DNA of 64,000 nt from Octopus sinensis (GCF_006345805.1 NC_043020.1:15624001-15688000); one strand, 5' to 3'. Numbered from the stretch's first letter, positions 23,350 through 36,455 are shown. Numbers and translations are program-made. The notes: generated by a model from the sequence alone, not told the origin.

Positions 23350-23967
23350 TTACTCTTTTACTTGTTTCAGTCATCTGACTGCGGCCATGCTGGAGCACCG
23401 CCTTTAGTCGAGTAAATCGACCCCGGGACTTATTCTTTTGTAAGCCTAGTACTTATTCTATCAGTCTCTTTTGCCGAACTGCTAATTGACAGGGACGTAA
23501 ACACACTAGCATCGGTTGTCAAGCGATGTTGGAGGGACAAACACAGACACTCTCTCTTTTTTACTCTTTTACTTGTTTCAGTCATTTGACTGCGGCCATG
23601 CTGGAGCACCGCCTTTAGTCGAGCAAATCGACCCCGGGACTTATTCTTTTGTAAGCCCAATACTTATTCCATCGGTCTCTTTTGCCGAACCGCTAAGTGA
23701 CGGGGACGTAAACACACCAGCATTGGTTGTCAAGCAATGCTAGGGAGACAATCACAGACAGACAAACATACACACACACATACATATATATATATACATA
23801 TATACGACAGGCTTCTTTCAGTTTCCGTCTACCAAATCCACTCACAAGGCATTGGTCGGCCCGAGGCTATAGCAGAAGACACTTGCCCAAGATGCCATGC
23901 AGTGGGACTGAGCCGGAACCATGTGGTTGGTAAGCAAGCTACTTACCACACAGCCACTCCTGTGCCT
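23350..23967 (-). mobile_element. SINE family A, full length plus a duplicated 3' half
   Basis: Two tandem tails (23350-23550 and from 23560) and one head. Confidence 0.85.
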
Positions 23968-24002
23968 ATAATACTACTTATAATAATAATAATAACAATA
24001 AT

Positions 24003-24214
24003 CCTTTCTACTATAGAAAGCCCAAAAGTTTTTGGGAGGCTGGGATATTCGATTGCATCGACCCCAATGCTCAACAGGTGCTTGTTTTTATCAACCCCAA
24101 AAGGATGAAAGGCAAAGTCGACCTCAGCAGTATTTGAACTTAGAACATAAAAATGGATGAAATGCTGCTAAGCATTTTACCCGGTGTGCAAATGGTTTTG
24201 CCAGTTCACTGCCT

Positions 24215-24215
<1 letters not shown>
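24003..24215 (-). mobile_element. SINE family B2 within (AAT)n
   Basis: CCTTTCTACTATAG...GCCAGTTCACTGCCTT, flanked on both sides by AAT runs. Confidence 0.8.
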
Positions 24216-24261
<46 letters not shown>

Positions 24262-24796
24262 TGATGTTATCAAATTGAGTGAGATGAAAGCCAGCAACAT
24301 TTCAGGTAAAATTAGTCTCAAAATAGTATTTCTGCATTCATTATTTCCAGCAAATTCTGCTTGTTTACTTCGTTTTTGATTCTCTATGGTTAGATCTTCT
24401 CCAGATGATTCTTTAATCCACTCAATGATGCACACTGCCATTAAGTGCAGTAGGCTTAGAATCAGACATGCAGAATGGTCACAGTGAATGGGTTAAGTCT
24501 TCTAATGTGCCACTACACTAGAATCAACAGCTAGTGATGCATTTGGACAGCTCAATTCAAAATGAAATTCTTCCAGAGGGCATAACCATTATTTCACAAA
24601 AAAAAAAAAAAGAACAGAAGAAATATAAGAAGGAAAATAAGATTTTTTCCATGCCTCGATTCACTGAAAGCATATCTTTATAATCTTCTTTAAAGAATCT
24701 AACGCTTTCCACGTTTATTGATATAAAACACAGTTCCGGCCCCCGCAAAACAAATTTGCTTTGATATTGAAGTGGATCATAGAAATTATTAGTATT

Positions 24797-24962
24797 AGGT
24801 GCAGGAGTGGCTGTGTGGTAAGTAGATTGCTTACCAACCACATGGTTCCGGGTTCAGTCCCACTGCGTGGCACCATGGGCAAGTGTCTTCTACTATAGCT
24901 TCTGGCCAACCAAAGCCTTGTGAGTGGATTTGGCAGACGGAAACTGAAAGAAGCCCGTCATA

Positions 24963-25035
<73 letters not shown>

Positions 25036-25243
25036 ATATGTTTGTGTGTTTGTGTTTGTACCCCCAACATCACTTGACAATTGATGATGGTGTGTTTACA
25101 TCCCCATAACTTAGCGGCTCAGCAAAAGAGACCGATAGAATAAGTACTAGGCTTACAAAGAATAAGTCCTGGGGTCGATTTGCTCAACTAAAGGAGGTGC
25201 TCCAGCATGGCCACAGTCAAATGACCGAAACTAGTAAAAGAGT
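24797..25243 (+). mobile_element. SINE family A, full length
   Basis: Head-to-tail match. Confidence 0.9.
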
Positions 25244-25574
25244 ATACCAGAGTGTGTCTTGGTAAGACAGACCAACTGTCCCATGTGCAGTTATTTCAGT
25301 TTTGATTAGGTCCCAGAACTTCAGAGCAGGCGTGGGTAACATATTTCGAGAAACGTGGAGTATGAGACATGGTTCACAATCAGGCAAGCTGCATTACTAA
25401 CACAAATTGAAGGTAACTTCCTTTTCAGAAAGGGATGCCATTCAGAAAGTCCTGTAGACCACAGGCCAGCCATGACAAACCTCAAAGACTACTGTCTGTT
25501 ATAGAAAGAGATAGACATTCAGTGAAGTGCGGTTCAAGATGCTACATGAAACCTGGTATCTTTGCTCTTCTACA

Positions 25575-26540
25575 TGCTTCAGTCATTATACTGTGGCCAT
25601 GCTGGGGCACCACCTTGAAGAATTTTTAATCAAATGTATCAACTCCAATACTTATTTTTATCTTAAGCCTGGTGCTTATTCTATTGGTCTCTTTTGCTGA
25701 AATGCTAAGTTACAGGGAAGTAAACACACCAATGTTGGTTATCAAGCAATGATGGGTTCATACACAGAAGCAAAGACACACAAAGACACCCCCCCACACG
25801 CATGCACACACACATGCTTTGTTTGTTAACCTGGCTACCATAGGTTTTATGTTAAGAGAGGTATATCTCTTAACAGTTTCCAAACCTGTTGCATGGGACA
25901 TTGATGTTTGTCTCTATTTTGGATGGAAACATGATAAAATCACTTTTATTGTGAATTTTATTGTGTCCTCGTCCAAGATGGAGATGAACACCAACAGGCT
26001 TGAAAATTGTTAAGAGATATACCTCTATTAATATGAAATCAATGGTAGCCTAGTTAACTCACAAATAAGGAATATTTATCAACCAGTGCAGTGTTGACCA
26101 TTAATTCTCACTGTTCAATATTAATGCGTACACACACACATACAATGGTTTCTTTCAGTTTCTTATTTCTTTATTGCCCACAAGGGGCTAAACATAGATG
26201 GAACAAATAAGGACAAAGGGATTAAGTTCATTACATTGACCCCAATACGTAACTGATACTTAATTTATCAACCCCGAAAGGATGAAAGGCAAAGTTGACC
26301 TCGGTGGAATTTGAACTCAGAAGGGAAAGACAAGACGAAATACTGCTAAGCATTTCTCCCGCCGTGCTAACGTTTCTGCCAGCTCGCCGCCTTCTTTCAG
26401 TTTCTGAAAACCAAATCCACTCAGAAGGCTTTGGTTAACCCAAGGCTTTAGTAGAAGAAACTTGCCCAAGGTACCATGCAGTGGGACTGAACCTGGAACC
26501 ATGTTGTTGGGAAGCAAACTTCTTACCACACAGCCACACA
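25575..26540 (-). mobile_element. SINE family A split by insertions
   Basis: Tail at 25575-25790, head at 26130-26540. Confidence 0.65.
26161..26392 (-). mobile_element. SINE family B with about 13-bp TSD
   Basis: TTCTTTCAGTTT on both sides. Confidence 0.85.
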
Positions 26541-27292
26541 TGTGACTAATATCAAACCTTTGGATCATAGAAAAAGATTTACTTGATTAACTGACAGTCT
26601 TGATGAATTTGTAATCTTAATTAACTTATAACTTTGGTTAACTTATACTTACATCTCTTTGGTAAGTTATAAGTTTAAGTTAATGTCATTAACTTGGCTC
26701 ACTAACTGGAGTAATTCATGATATTGATTAATTACAACCTTGATTAACTTTTGACCTTGATTAACTCTCAACCTTAATTATGTCATAGCATCTCAACCTT
26801 GATTAGCTCAATATCTTTATTAATTCATGACCCAGCTTATCTTATGTAATGTAAAAGCTATTTGAAGAAAATAAGAAGCAAAAGAAAAAAGAAAAAAAAA
26901 ACATACCAGACCAATATTAACTCATATAAAACACTTTCCTAACTCTATTTCTAATGAAACACTGTCTATGCTTTCCTATTCATTTTTCAAAATAATGAAG
27001 AATTTGGTTACATTTACGAAAATAACCAACTTTTCAATTAATTTCTATATTGAGGTGATGTTTTGAACACTACTTAACAAAAAGATGAAATTTATATTTC
27101 TATATTCAGGTATCGGTAGGAACACAGCTTCACAAAAGGTTCTTTCAAATAATGGTAATGGAAAGTTTTAGTTTAAATAGGAACGCTTCAAAATGAACAG
27201 TTTTGTACCAAGGCACCAAGACGTGGTCTCAGGTGGGTTGGTATGAAAAGGATGAAAGAAATTACCTTTTCAGTACATTCTCTAATCTACAC

Positions 27293-27332
<40 letters not shown>

Positions 27333-27984
27333 GTATATGCATGTGTATGTATTTGTGTGTGTACATATATGTGTGTTATAATGTACATAATATACACATC
27401 TACACATATGTAGGGACATATATAGATACATAAATATATACCTACATATACATAAATACACACATATAAGTACAATGCATCTGTATGATCTTATATTTGT
27501 TTGTTCTGCAACCAAAGTTTAATATATTTGTCTCATTTAATTGAGCACTTCTATAGTCCTATTAAACATTTTGTTCCTGATAAGAAACAATCACTTTATT
27601 ATTGATATCTTTTATCTTATACATGTTTCATCTATTTGATTGCGGTCATGATGGAGCACTGCAAAGAGTGATATATCCACATCACCATAGGAATTTATAA
27701 TTCTCACTTCACCATTTTTTGGGAATCAGTCGATGTTTCCTGTGGTGTTCTCTATAAGGCTAACAGGGTGACTTAATTTCTTTAACCCTTGGTAATAGAG
27801 TAATGGGTCATGGATGAAAATTAATCAAATCAGAACTGATATGACACCATCTTGCTTGCTGTAGAGAGCTTGTCTCCCTTGTCAGTTATTAGAAAAATGC
27901 TCTCACATGGCTAAGAACAGTTTTGACTCTTATTTCTAGCAATGCTGGTGCTGACTAGCACCCTCTGTCACTTAAGTGATGATT

Positions 27985-28332
27985 GTACTTGTTGCCTTTC
28001 AGTTGTAAATTGTGAATAGCCACCAACACCACTTGAGCATGGCCGTTCCCAGTACCGCCTGACTGGTCCTCGTGCCGGAGGCATGTAAAAGCACCCACTA
28101 CACTCTCGGAATGGTTGGCCATTGCCAGTACTGCCTGACTGGTCTTCGTGCCGGAGGCATGTAAAAGCACCTTCTACACTTTTGGAGTGGTTGGCATTAG
28201 GAAGGGCATCGAGCTGTAGAAACTCTGCCAGATCAGATTGGAGTCTGGTGCAGCCATCTGGCTCACCAGTCCTCAGTCAAATCGTCCAACCCATGCTAGC
28301 ATGGAAAGTGGATGTTAAACAATGATGATGAT
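27985..28332 (+). mobile_element. RTE 3'UTR copy (family C)
   Basis: GGCATGTAAAAGCAC repeats, TAGGAAGGGCATC, (GAT)n tail. Confidence 0.8.
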
Positions 28333-28333
28333 G

Positions 28334-28367
<34 letters not shown>

Positions 28368-28497
28368 ATATATATATATATGTACAGGGGGAGAGAGAGA
28401 ACAAAATAGAAATATGTCTATTATTCTAGGCAAGCAAGATCCCAACGTTGAAGAGAGAGAGTGTGTGTGAGAGTGAGAGGGAGAGAGAGTAGAAAAA

Positions 28498-28975
28498 CAC
28501 CATAACAAAGTGGCAGTGTGAATACACTGGAAGTTGTGTAGGGAAATATGGGCTAGAATGTTTTAACAAGTGATATGAGCACCAACCTTTGCCAGTAGTA
28601 GAGAATGATCAGGTGAAACTCACAAGTGAAACTCACAGATAAGAAGCTGCAAAATGACTGGCCGGATATCACTTATGTATAAAGGAATCCAAAGAACGGA
28701 CCTTCATCAACGTACCTATGCCTGCAGAACAGAATATTGCGAAGACAGAGAACGAGGAAGTCCAAAAGTACTGAGACCTAGCATTGGAAGTGAAATGCAT
28801 CCATAAAGCCTCAGAATTGAGTGTGATACTTATCATAATCAGGGTACTTAGGATCATCTCAAAAAAAGCAATATTCTGGGATATTTTAAGCTGCAAATAG
28901 CAAACATTGTAGAAAGTACTCAGTTGGCAGTAATACTTGGAACAGCTCATGTGATGAGGACAGTGTTGTTTTTCT
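28498..28975 (+). pseudogene. Old R4/Dong-clade restriction-like endonuclease fragment
   Basis: Degenerate HNKVAV.IHWKLC...YEHQP..VVEND...WPDI...INVPMPAEQNIAKTENEEVQKY.DLALEVK...AVILGTAHVMRTVL. Confidence 0.7.
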
Positions 28976-29044
28976 AAGCTGTAGGAAGGAGCTGAGGACA
29001 TACTTCAGGAAAAGAATTAATTAAAATAATAATGACAGTAATGA

Positions 29045-29670
29045 CAGTTTCACATTTTGGAACAAGGCCAGCAATTTCTGGGAAGGGGTAAGTTGATTAC
29101 ATCAACCTTAATGTTCAACTAGTACATATTTTATTGACCCTCCCACCACCAAAAAAAGATGAAAGGTAAAGACATCCTCAGTGGAATTTGAACTCAGAAT
29201 GTAAAGACAGGAGTGGCTGTGTGGTAAGTAGCCTGCTTACAAACCACACGGTTCTGGGTTCAGTCCTACTGCGTGGCACCTTGGGAAAGTGTCTTCAACT
29301 ATAGCCTCAGGCTGACCAAAGCCTTGTGAGTGGATTTGGTAGACAGAAACTGAAAGAAGCCTGTCGTATATATATATATGTATATATATGTGTGTCTGTG
29401 TTTGTCCCCCCAACATCGCTTGACAACCAATGCTGATATGTTTACGTCCCCGTTACTTAGCGGTTCAGCAAAAGATACCGATAGAATAAGTACTAGGCTT
29501 ACAAAGAATAAGAGACCTGGGGTCGATTTGCTCAACTAAAAGGCGGTGCTCCAGCATGGCTGCAGTCAAATGACTGAAACAAGTAAAAGAGAAAAGAGAT
29601 AAAAGAGACAGATGAAATGTTGCTAAGCATTTTGCCTGGCATGCTAACGAGTCTACCAGCTTGCAGCCTT
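29045..29670 (-). mobile_element. SINE B2 interrupted by SINE A
   Basis: B2 halves at 29045-29205 and 29608-29670. Confidence 0.7.
29206..29607 (+). mobile_element. SINE family A
   Basis: Head-to-tail match. Confidence 0.88.
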
Positions 29671-29674
29671 AATA

Positions 29675-29895
29675 ACAAGCCTTTCCACTATAGGCACAAG
29701 GCCTGAAATTTTGGGGGAGAGGTGCTAATTGATTACATTGACCCCAGTGTTCAACTTGTACTTATTTTGTTGACAACGAAAGGATGAAAGGCAAAGGTGA
29801 CCTCGGCAGGATTTGAACTCAGAGTGCAAAGACACATGAAATGCCACTAAGCATTTCACCTGGCATGCTAATGATTCTGACAGTTCACTGCCTTA
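29675..29895 (-). mobile_element. SINE family B2
   Basis: CCTTTCCACTATAGGCACAAGGCCTGAAATTTT tail and core. Confidence 0.8.
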
Positions 29896-29912
29896 ATGAA
29901 GATGATGATGAC

Positions 29913-29959
<47 letters not shown>

Positions 29960-29970
29960 TAATGATAATC

Positions 29971-30187
29971 CTTTCTACTACAGGCACAAGGCCTGAAATT
30001 TTGGGGGAAGGGTCTAGTTGACTGCATTGACCTCAGTGTTTCGCTGGTACTTAATTTATTGACCCCCTGAAAGAATGCAAAGCAAAGTCGACCTCAGCAG
30101 AATTTGAACGCAAAACATAGCGACAGGTGAAAAACCGCTAAGCATTTTGTCCTGAATACTCGCAGTTTTGCCAGCTTGCTGCCTTAC
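29971..30187 (-). mobile_element. SINE family B2 within (AAT)n
   Basis: Same tail; AAT runs on both sides. Confidence 0.8.
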
Positions 30188-30249
30188 TATAATAATAATA
30201 ATAGTAATAATGATATTTTAAAAAGATTGATGTAACTCTTCACAAAGGT

Positions 30250-30420
30250 AAACTGTCAAGACGAAAAGTGCGATTCGATTGTAATGGATATTTTATTGGT
30301 TGAACGATATTTTTATCATTTCTTATTTTGAACTGGACGAAAACAGGCTTACTGTCGAAATATTGTTCAACCAATAAAATATCTATTACAATCGAATCGC
30401 ACTCTTTGTCTTGACTGTTT
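30250..30420. repeat. Inverted repeat, 63-bp arms, with a degenerate hammerhead at 30328-30370
   Basis: 30250-30312 versus 30358-30420; UUGAAC-UGGACGA-AAACAG/CUGUC-GAAA-UA-UU-GUUCAA. Confidence 0.75.
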
Positions 30421-30469
30421 AATAATAATAATGATGATAATGATAATAATAATAATAATAATAATAATA

Positions 30470-30506
<37 letters not shown>

Positions 30507-30524
30507 AATAATGATAATAATAAT
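30421..30524. repeat. (AAT)n array
   Basis: Directly visible. Confidence 0.95.
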
Positions 30525-30803
30525 CAATTCTTTTTTATTGGCCACAAGGGCTGACACGCATGATTACATAAAGGGACAAGACAGGACGAAAGGTTACAAA
30601 GGGTTTTGCCGTTTTTTTTTAAAAACATCGAGTAAAAATCTTTATAACAACTTATAAAATTCAACAATGAAAAACTCCCAAAAGGGGGAGACGTCTCGAA
30701 AGGTTCCTGGTGGAAAAAACCCTACAAAAGCCAACGGGAGCCTGGTCTAAAAAGGGGGTGTAGAGAGTCCCCTTTTTTCTCCTTTTGTATTACCTTTTTG
30801 AAA

Positions 30804-33800
30804 TCACAGGCAAACCCTGAGAACTGGTCCATTTATACAGGCCAGTCTCGCACAATTCACCCACCTTTCATAAAACTTGCTATCGGACAGCACTTTCCTC
30901 TCTACCCTCATCTTCCTTTTCAAGTGAAACTTGAAAAAGTTGATGAGGCCTTGACCAAAGAGGAAAGTGTCTGACTTTAGCCCTTTCAAACGAGTCCACC
31001 ACACGACTTCTTTCGCCACAGCCAAGGCACAAGAAAACGGCCTCGCCCTCCTTGTTAAAGGAGGTCGGCGGGGCAATCTTCACTATGGATTCGGCCGATA
31101 GTTGGATCCGTCCTACACGTGACAGTAGCTGTTCGACATAAACCCATATTTCAGCAATACTCGGGCACTGGACGAGTGCGTGCAGAACGGTTTCGTCGTC
31201 CTGGCAACACCTCGGGCAGGCCCGGCTGACGGCACTTCCGTGCCGGTAGAGTTTATCTCGAACAGGCAGAGCCCCTCGGTAGCACTGCCAGGCGAGAGAC
31301 CTCTGGAAATTATCCATCGGCCCTGGCCCGAAAGTCCTCCCGAACAGACCGCTCAGTTCGTCGTCTTCAACGCCTAGAGTTTCCCCGAGAACGTCGTCAA
31401 CATTTTTCCTCCACTAACCCTCTATAGAACGCTAGAGTGGAGCTGTACCGACCGCATTGCCCGCCTGGCGGAGGGCGGAGAGGGCTTGACGGCACTCGAG
31501 GTGCCAAGCGCCCTTTCTCGGTCTACGTTTGATCCAGGTCTGCAGCTCCGTCAAAGAGACGAGCTGCGGAAAATCGCGTCTGACAAAAGACGACCACACC
31601 TGTTCACCGTCTAGTAAGCGCTTGAGATGCCGCAGCCTGAGCGCATGTCTGCGCAACAGCAACCACGGATTCCAAGCCTCCGTTCAGCGGTCGTTGACAG
31701 CAGATGGATCGCCTGACCAGTGGCACCTGACCCTTCCACAAAAAGTCGAAGAGCAGGCGTACCAGCTTGGCCACCAGCGGTCGGGACAAGGGACGACGGT
31801 CAAGCGGTAATAGATGACGGATGCGATGTACGCATTCGCCACCTCCGCTCGACCTTTCAGGGACAGCTTCCTCTCGGCCCATTTCTGGGTGAGACGTGCC
31901 ACCCTGCTCGTCATCTCTTCCCAGTTCTTATCCACCTGGAGGTCCGGACCGAACCAGACCCCGAGCAGTTTAACGGGTCCGTCTGTCAGCGCCCTACGAC
32001 GCTGTTGGACGGCATGGGCTTGCCTCTCCAGGTGCCTAGTTGCAAGCCCACAGACTTTTCCGCGTTAATCTTTGCCCCTGTCACCGCTTCGTACTGGTTT
32101 AGCGTCTCGCCAATCAGGCCAATGTGCCTGTGGCTCGACACCACCACGGTGACGTCGTCGGCATAAGCAGACACGCTGTTTCCGCCTCCTAGATTGCGCG
32201 GGATGCCCCTCAAAGCCTCCAACTTGCGCAGTAATGGCTCGAGAGTCAAAATGTACAAGAGGGAGGAGAGAGGGCATCCTTGGCGGACCGAACGCGAGAT
32301 GTCGAACGGTTCCGAAGGTGACCGTTCACCCGTATCACCGAGCAGATGTTGCTGTATAAAGCAGCGATCCACCCGCGGAAGACTGGACCGAAGCCGGCTG
32401 CCTTGAGGACAGCTGCCAGGTACCGATGGTCGACCCTATCGAAGGCTTTACTCTGATCCAAGTTGATCAAAGCCCCACCCGCGCCAGCGTCGTTACCCAC
32501 CCTCTCTATGATGTAGCGCATGAGATGGAGGTTGTCGTGTATCGACCTGGTCGGCACGGCGCATGTCTGCGTCCCGCCGACCAGCTTGTCCACGACAAGC
32601 GCCAATCTCTTGGCTAGCACCTTGGCCAAAATCTTCAACTCTGCATTGAGCAGAGTGATGGGCCGGAAATTCCCTATAACGTCCCCTTGTTTGGGTCCTT
32701 CTTTAGCAAAGCCACCACCCTCGACAGACAAAAGCAGGAATTCTCCCGTTTTGCTGCCAGTTGCAGTAGACGTTTGCCAACAGGTCCGCAAACAAGTTGG
32801 CATTGAAAAGTAAAGCTCGTAGGGCAGACCATCCAAACCCGGCGATCTACCTCTCGTGCAACTCTTCATCGCTTCCTGTACTTCCCAGGCAGATATCGGT
32901 CCTTCGCAGCACTCTGCCTCGCTGTCCGAGAGTTGCGGCAGTCCGTCCAGGTACACACCGAAGTCTGTACCGTTGGTGTCCGTTCCACCGCTCGTCCCAA
33001 ACAGTTGAGCAAAGTGCCGCTGAAGCACCGTACACATCTGCTTCGGTTGGGTAACCTCGCGCCCGTTCTGGTCCACCAAAGACCGAATGGTTGCTCTGTT
33101 GCCTCGCTTCGCCTCCGCCACGGGGCCCATCGAGCGGCTCTAGTCCCCTCCCCGCTTAGCGAACGTGCCTTAGCTCTGACAACGCAGCCTTCGTGTTTGG
33201 CGTCGAAGTGTTGGTCGAGGGCCAACCTTGCCGCCAACACGTCGGTCCGCGATGCCAGTGTCAAGAGCCTCGTCTAGTTTCTTAACTAAATCCCGCTCTC
33301 TCTTCCTACGTTCAATAGCTAGAGTCTTACTATACCTAATCGACTCTACTCTAATTGCTCTCTTGAGGGCAAACCACCAGTTGTTGTTGATGATTGCCCC
33401 CGTGAGCGCCCGCTTAACTAGTAAACTAATCCGGTCTCTGTAAGCTTTGCACGCCGTTAACGACGCGTTCAGCTTCCAGTAGCCGGGTCCCTGTCTATGT
33501 AGCCTATCTAAGTCGACCGTACAGATCACTAATTTGTGGTCCGTATATTCGACTAGGTGGAATTGTGGACACCCTACGCTGTCCTTATCCGCTGGCCTAC
33601 AAAACACTCTATCTAAGTACGATCTAGACGACCCGATGCGGTTTGTCCAAGTCCACATTGGCACATTCGGGTTGTCTAGTCGAAACCTGTCGGACAGCTG
33701 AAAGCGGCCGAGTAGGTTGGCGAGGCTCTTGCACCCTCCCCCTCTCCTATCAGACGCTCCCCTGCCCACCCGATCGAACGTTCGTCTAAGACAGCGTTCC

Positions 33801-34226
33801 AATCCCCAACTAGTACTAGAGTGCGTGACGTTCCCAGGAAACTTCCAGACGTTTGAAATAATCCGACTGCCCTGCTCCTGTCAGAGCGTAGGCAGCCAGC
33901 AGTCTGAAAGCACCGCCGTCACTACCGTCCACGTCGAGGACCACCAACTTACCTTCCGGATCCAAGAAGACTGTCCTTATTTTCAGGTCCAGGCCCTTCC
34001 GAAACAACACCGCAGTACCACCACCGCCCGCTCCCGGCCGACACAGAGATAGAAATATCTCGTATCCGCCGAAAAGGGCTGCGAGTTCCTGCGGGTCGGA
34101 GAGCCTGGTTTCACTGATGGCTGCTACATCCACATCATGAAACCTCAGGTCGTTTAACAGGTGACCCTGTTTCCAAGGTGACCCGAGGCCTCTCACATTC
34201 AAGCAACCGATTCTAAGATTTGCCAT
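30804..34226 (-). pseudogene. Tx1 ORF2: APE endonuclease, reverse transcriptase and C-terminal zinc finger, frameshifted
   Basis: IGCLNVRGL, ISET, YLDRVF, TDHK, GPGYWKLN, SPGLDGLP, FRPITLLN, DQSKAFDRV, VRQGCPLS, AYADD, LWKG, CPRCCQDDETVLHALVQC appear in order across ORFs 33816-34226, 33170-33802, 32246-33130, 31986-32372, 31684-31935, 31604-31882 and 30880-31317. Confidence 0.92.
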
Positions 34227-34264
34227 GTTTCAAAAGTTAGGGGGAAAAAAAAGGAGAAAAAGGC

Positions 34265-36136
34265 TCTACTTACTGTTGTTGGTGGTGGGGGTGGCTCCCT
34301 TGTGCTTTTGCACGGGTGCTTCAATAATATATTCGTAAAGTTTCTGAGAGAAACTTTTCCCTAACGATCGCACATCGTTAGGGAATATTTGTTTTATTTC
34401 GTTGTAAACTGTTTGTTTATTCTTATTGTGAGAATGTGTGCTGGTGGTGTGTTTGTGTGTAGGTATTATGAATCTGTAATGTTTGTGCTTGTTTTGTTTT
34501 TCAAATACTCAACCAGTTCCTGGTTTCTTGTATTCACTGCTGTAATCGTGTCTGTAATTGTGTCTGTGTGTGTTTGTGTCTGTGTGGTAGTGGCAGTAGT
34601 GGTGTCGAAAGTGTTGTTGTTGTTGTTTGTTGTTGTGAGTGTGTGTTGTTGTTGATGTTTTGTTGTTGATGTTGGGAAGTACTATTTGTTCGTGCTTCCC
34701 CTGTAAATCTTTTTGTTTTTTCCTCCTTTTTTTTTGGAGGTACTATGTTCCATTCTCCTTTGTTGGAATCAGAGCTCGCACAATCTGAGATCTCTTCATC
34801 CGGCAAAGGAATGGTTGAGGGGTCTGCTTCAGTAGCAGGACGAAAAGTTTTTGGTTCCGCCGGTATCGGTGGGCCGCTGCTCCTGTTACTGTTGATGTCG
34901 CTGCTGTCGACCTTCGAGGTACTGGTGTCGGTTGTTGGTTTGCTGGTGGTTGTCGGTGTGGTTTGGTGGTGGTTGTTGTTGTGGAGGTGGTGTTGTTCGT
35001 CTTGGTGCTGGTGTTGGTGATGGTGTTGGTGGTGTGCAGCCTTTGGTGTTTCTTGCTGTTTTTTGTTGTTTCTGTTGTTGTTGCTTGTGTGGTTGTTGTT
35101 GTTGTTGTTGTTGTTGCTGCTGCCTCTTGCTGAAAGCCTCCATCCTCTTTTTGTGAATGGGACAGTCTCTCTTTAAGTGGCTTTCGCTGCTGCAGAAAAA
35201 ACATTTGGCTTTCGCCCCTCCACAGCAACGTTTAGCCTGGTGCCATCCGGCAAACTTACGAAACAGGGACTTTACTTATATTCCTCTTGCTGAATTTGCG
35301 CAAGAAGCAGCACTCCCATCCCCAACCAGTTTTTCGCCCTCACTCTCCTGACATCTAGAATGGTGGTAGTGTCCTCTATATCATAGAGGACAGCTGCCAC
35401 CAGCCATGACATATCTAGCTCAGGGGGGCGAGGTCGATTTTTATTTTTGTTACTCTTCGCCCGAGGTGGGTCGGAACTAGTAACAAATTCTCAGTTTGCA
35501 AGGGCGAAATGGCGTTCGCCCTTGCAAGCTCCTCTGTTGGGAAGCGAACCTCCACGGTTCCAAAACGCTTCCCCTTGGTTACGTAGCTCTTTTGGCCGAA
35601 ATGGGCTTTAGAGCTATCTCCAACTGTTGGGGTGTGGCATTGTTATTCTTTTTAGTTTTCTGTCGAAAACTTTGTAAATTATTGTTTTCTTGTTGGTGCT
35701 TTCAATCACCTCTTGTGGAGTATTGAGGAAGATACCATTGCCATCCTTCCTTAACAACTCCTTCGCTCTTTTCACATCTTCTAGAGTTATCTTAACTTCC
35801 TCCGAAATTTGCTTCGCAGCAGAAGCAAAATTGTTGGAAGTTTTTTCTTTTTTCTCCGTGTCAATGTTTGTGATGATTTTTTGTAATTGTTTTTCTCCCT
35901 CCTCCTTCCGTACCAAAGCATTGGGTGAAGGCAGAGGGGGAAAATCGAGAATTACGTCGAACGCGACGTCCTGGCTTGCATTCTCCTTTTGAACCGAGCT
36001 CGTGCTCTGCGGTTCGGAAGGAGAATCTTTGTTGCCTTTTAAGGCGTGAAGTGGGTGTTTTGTACGAGTTGTGTGTGTTTTGCGGAGGGAATGTATCTTG
36101 AAGGAAGGAACAGCCAACTGTTCGCTTCATAGCCAT
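34265..36136 (-). pseudogene. Tx1 ORF1, gag-like with CCHC zinc knuckle, frameshifted
   Basis: CFFCSSESHLKRDC at about 35162-35203, followed by a Q/T/P-rich linker; lies directly upstream of ORF2. Confidence 0.7.
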
Positions 36137-36371
36137 GTTTTTTTTTGTTGTAATATTCAAAATGTTGAAAAATGTCAAATGTTCAAAATTTTAAAACGTA
36201 ATTTCACCCCGAATGGGGCAAAATTTACCCAACCGACGAGCTCCGCAAGAAGCCGGTCGGTTTGGCTACAAAAATATTAAAAAATATTCAAACCTAACAA
36301 TAGATTTCCAATGAAATTGGTGTCAAATTCACGGAGCTGATTCACGTACGTCCATCGGCGTCGGAAAATAA

Positions 36372-36373
<2 letters not shown>

Positions 36374-36431
<58 letters not shown>

Positions 36432-36455
36432 TAATAATAATGATAATAATAATAA
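36374..36455. repeat. (AAT)n array between the Tx1 and Dong-like elements
   Basis: Directly visible. Confidence 0.95.

Larger units (their letters stand above)
30525..36373 (-). mobile_element. Near-full-length Tx1-clade (L1 group) non-LTR retrotransposon
   Basis: 5'UTR, ORF1, ORF2, and a 3'UTR with AATAAA; bounded by (TTA)n on both sides. Confidence 0.92.

Noticed and set aside
30800-34230. GC-rich island suggesting bacterial contamination or horizontal transfer
   Set aside because: Fully explained by Tx1 ORF2 motifs and continuous with host-type microsatellites.
34743-35228. Poly-Q/poly-T ORFs as host genes
   Set aside because: This is the low-complexity linker of Tx1 ORF1.
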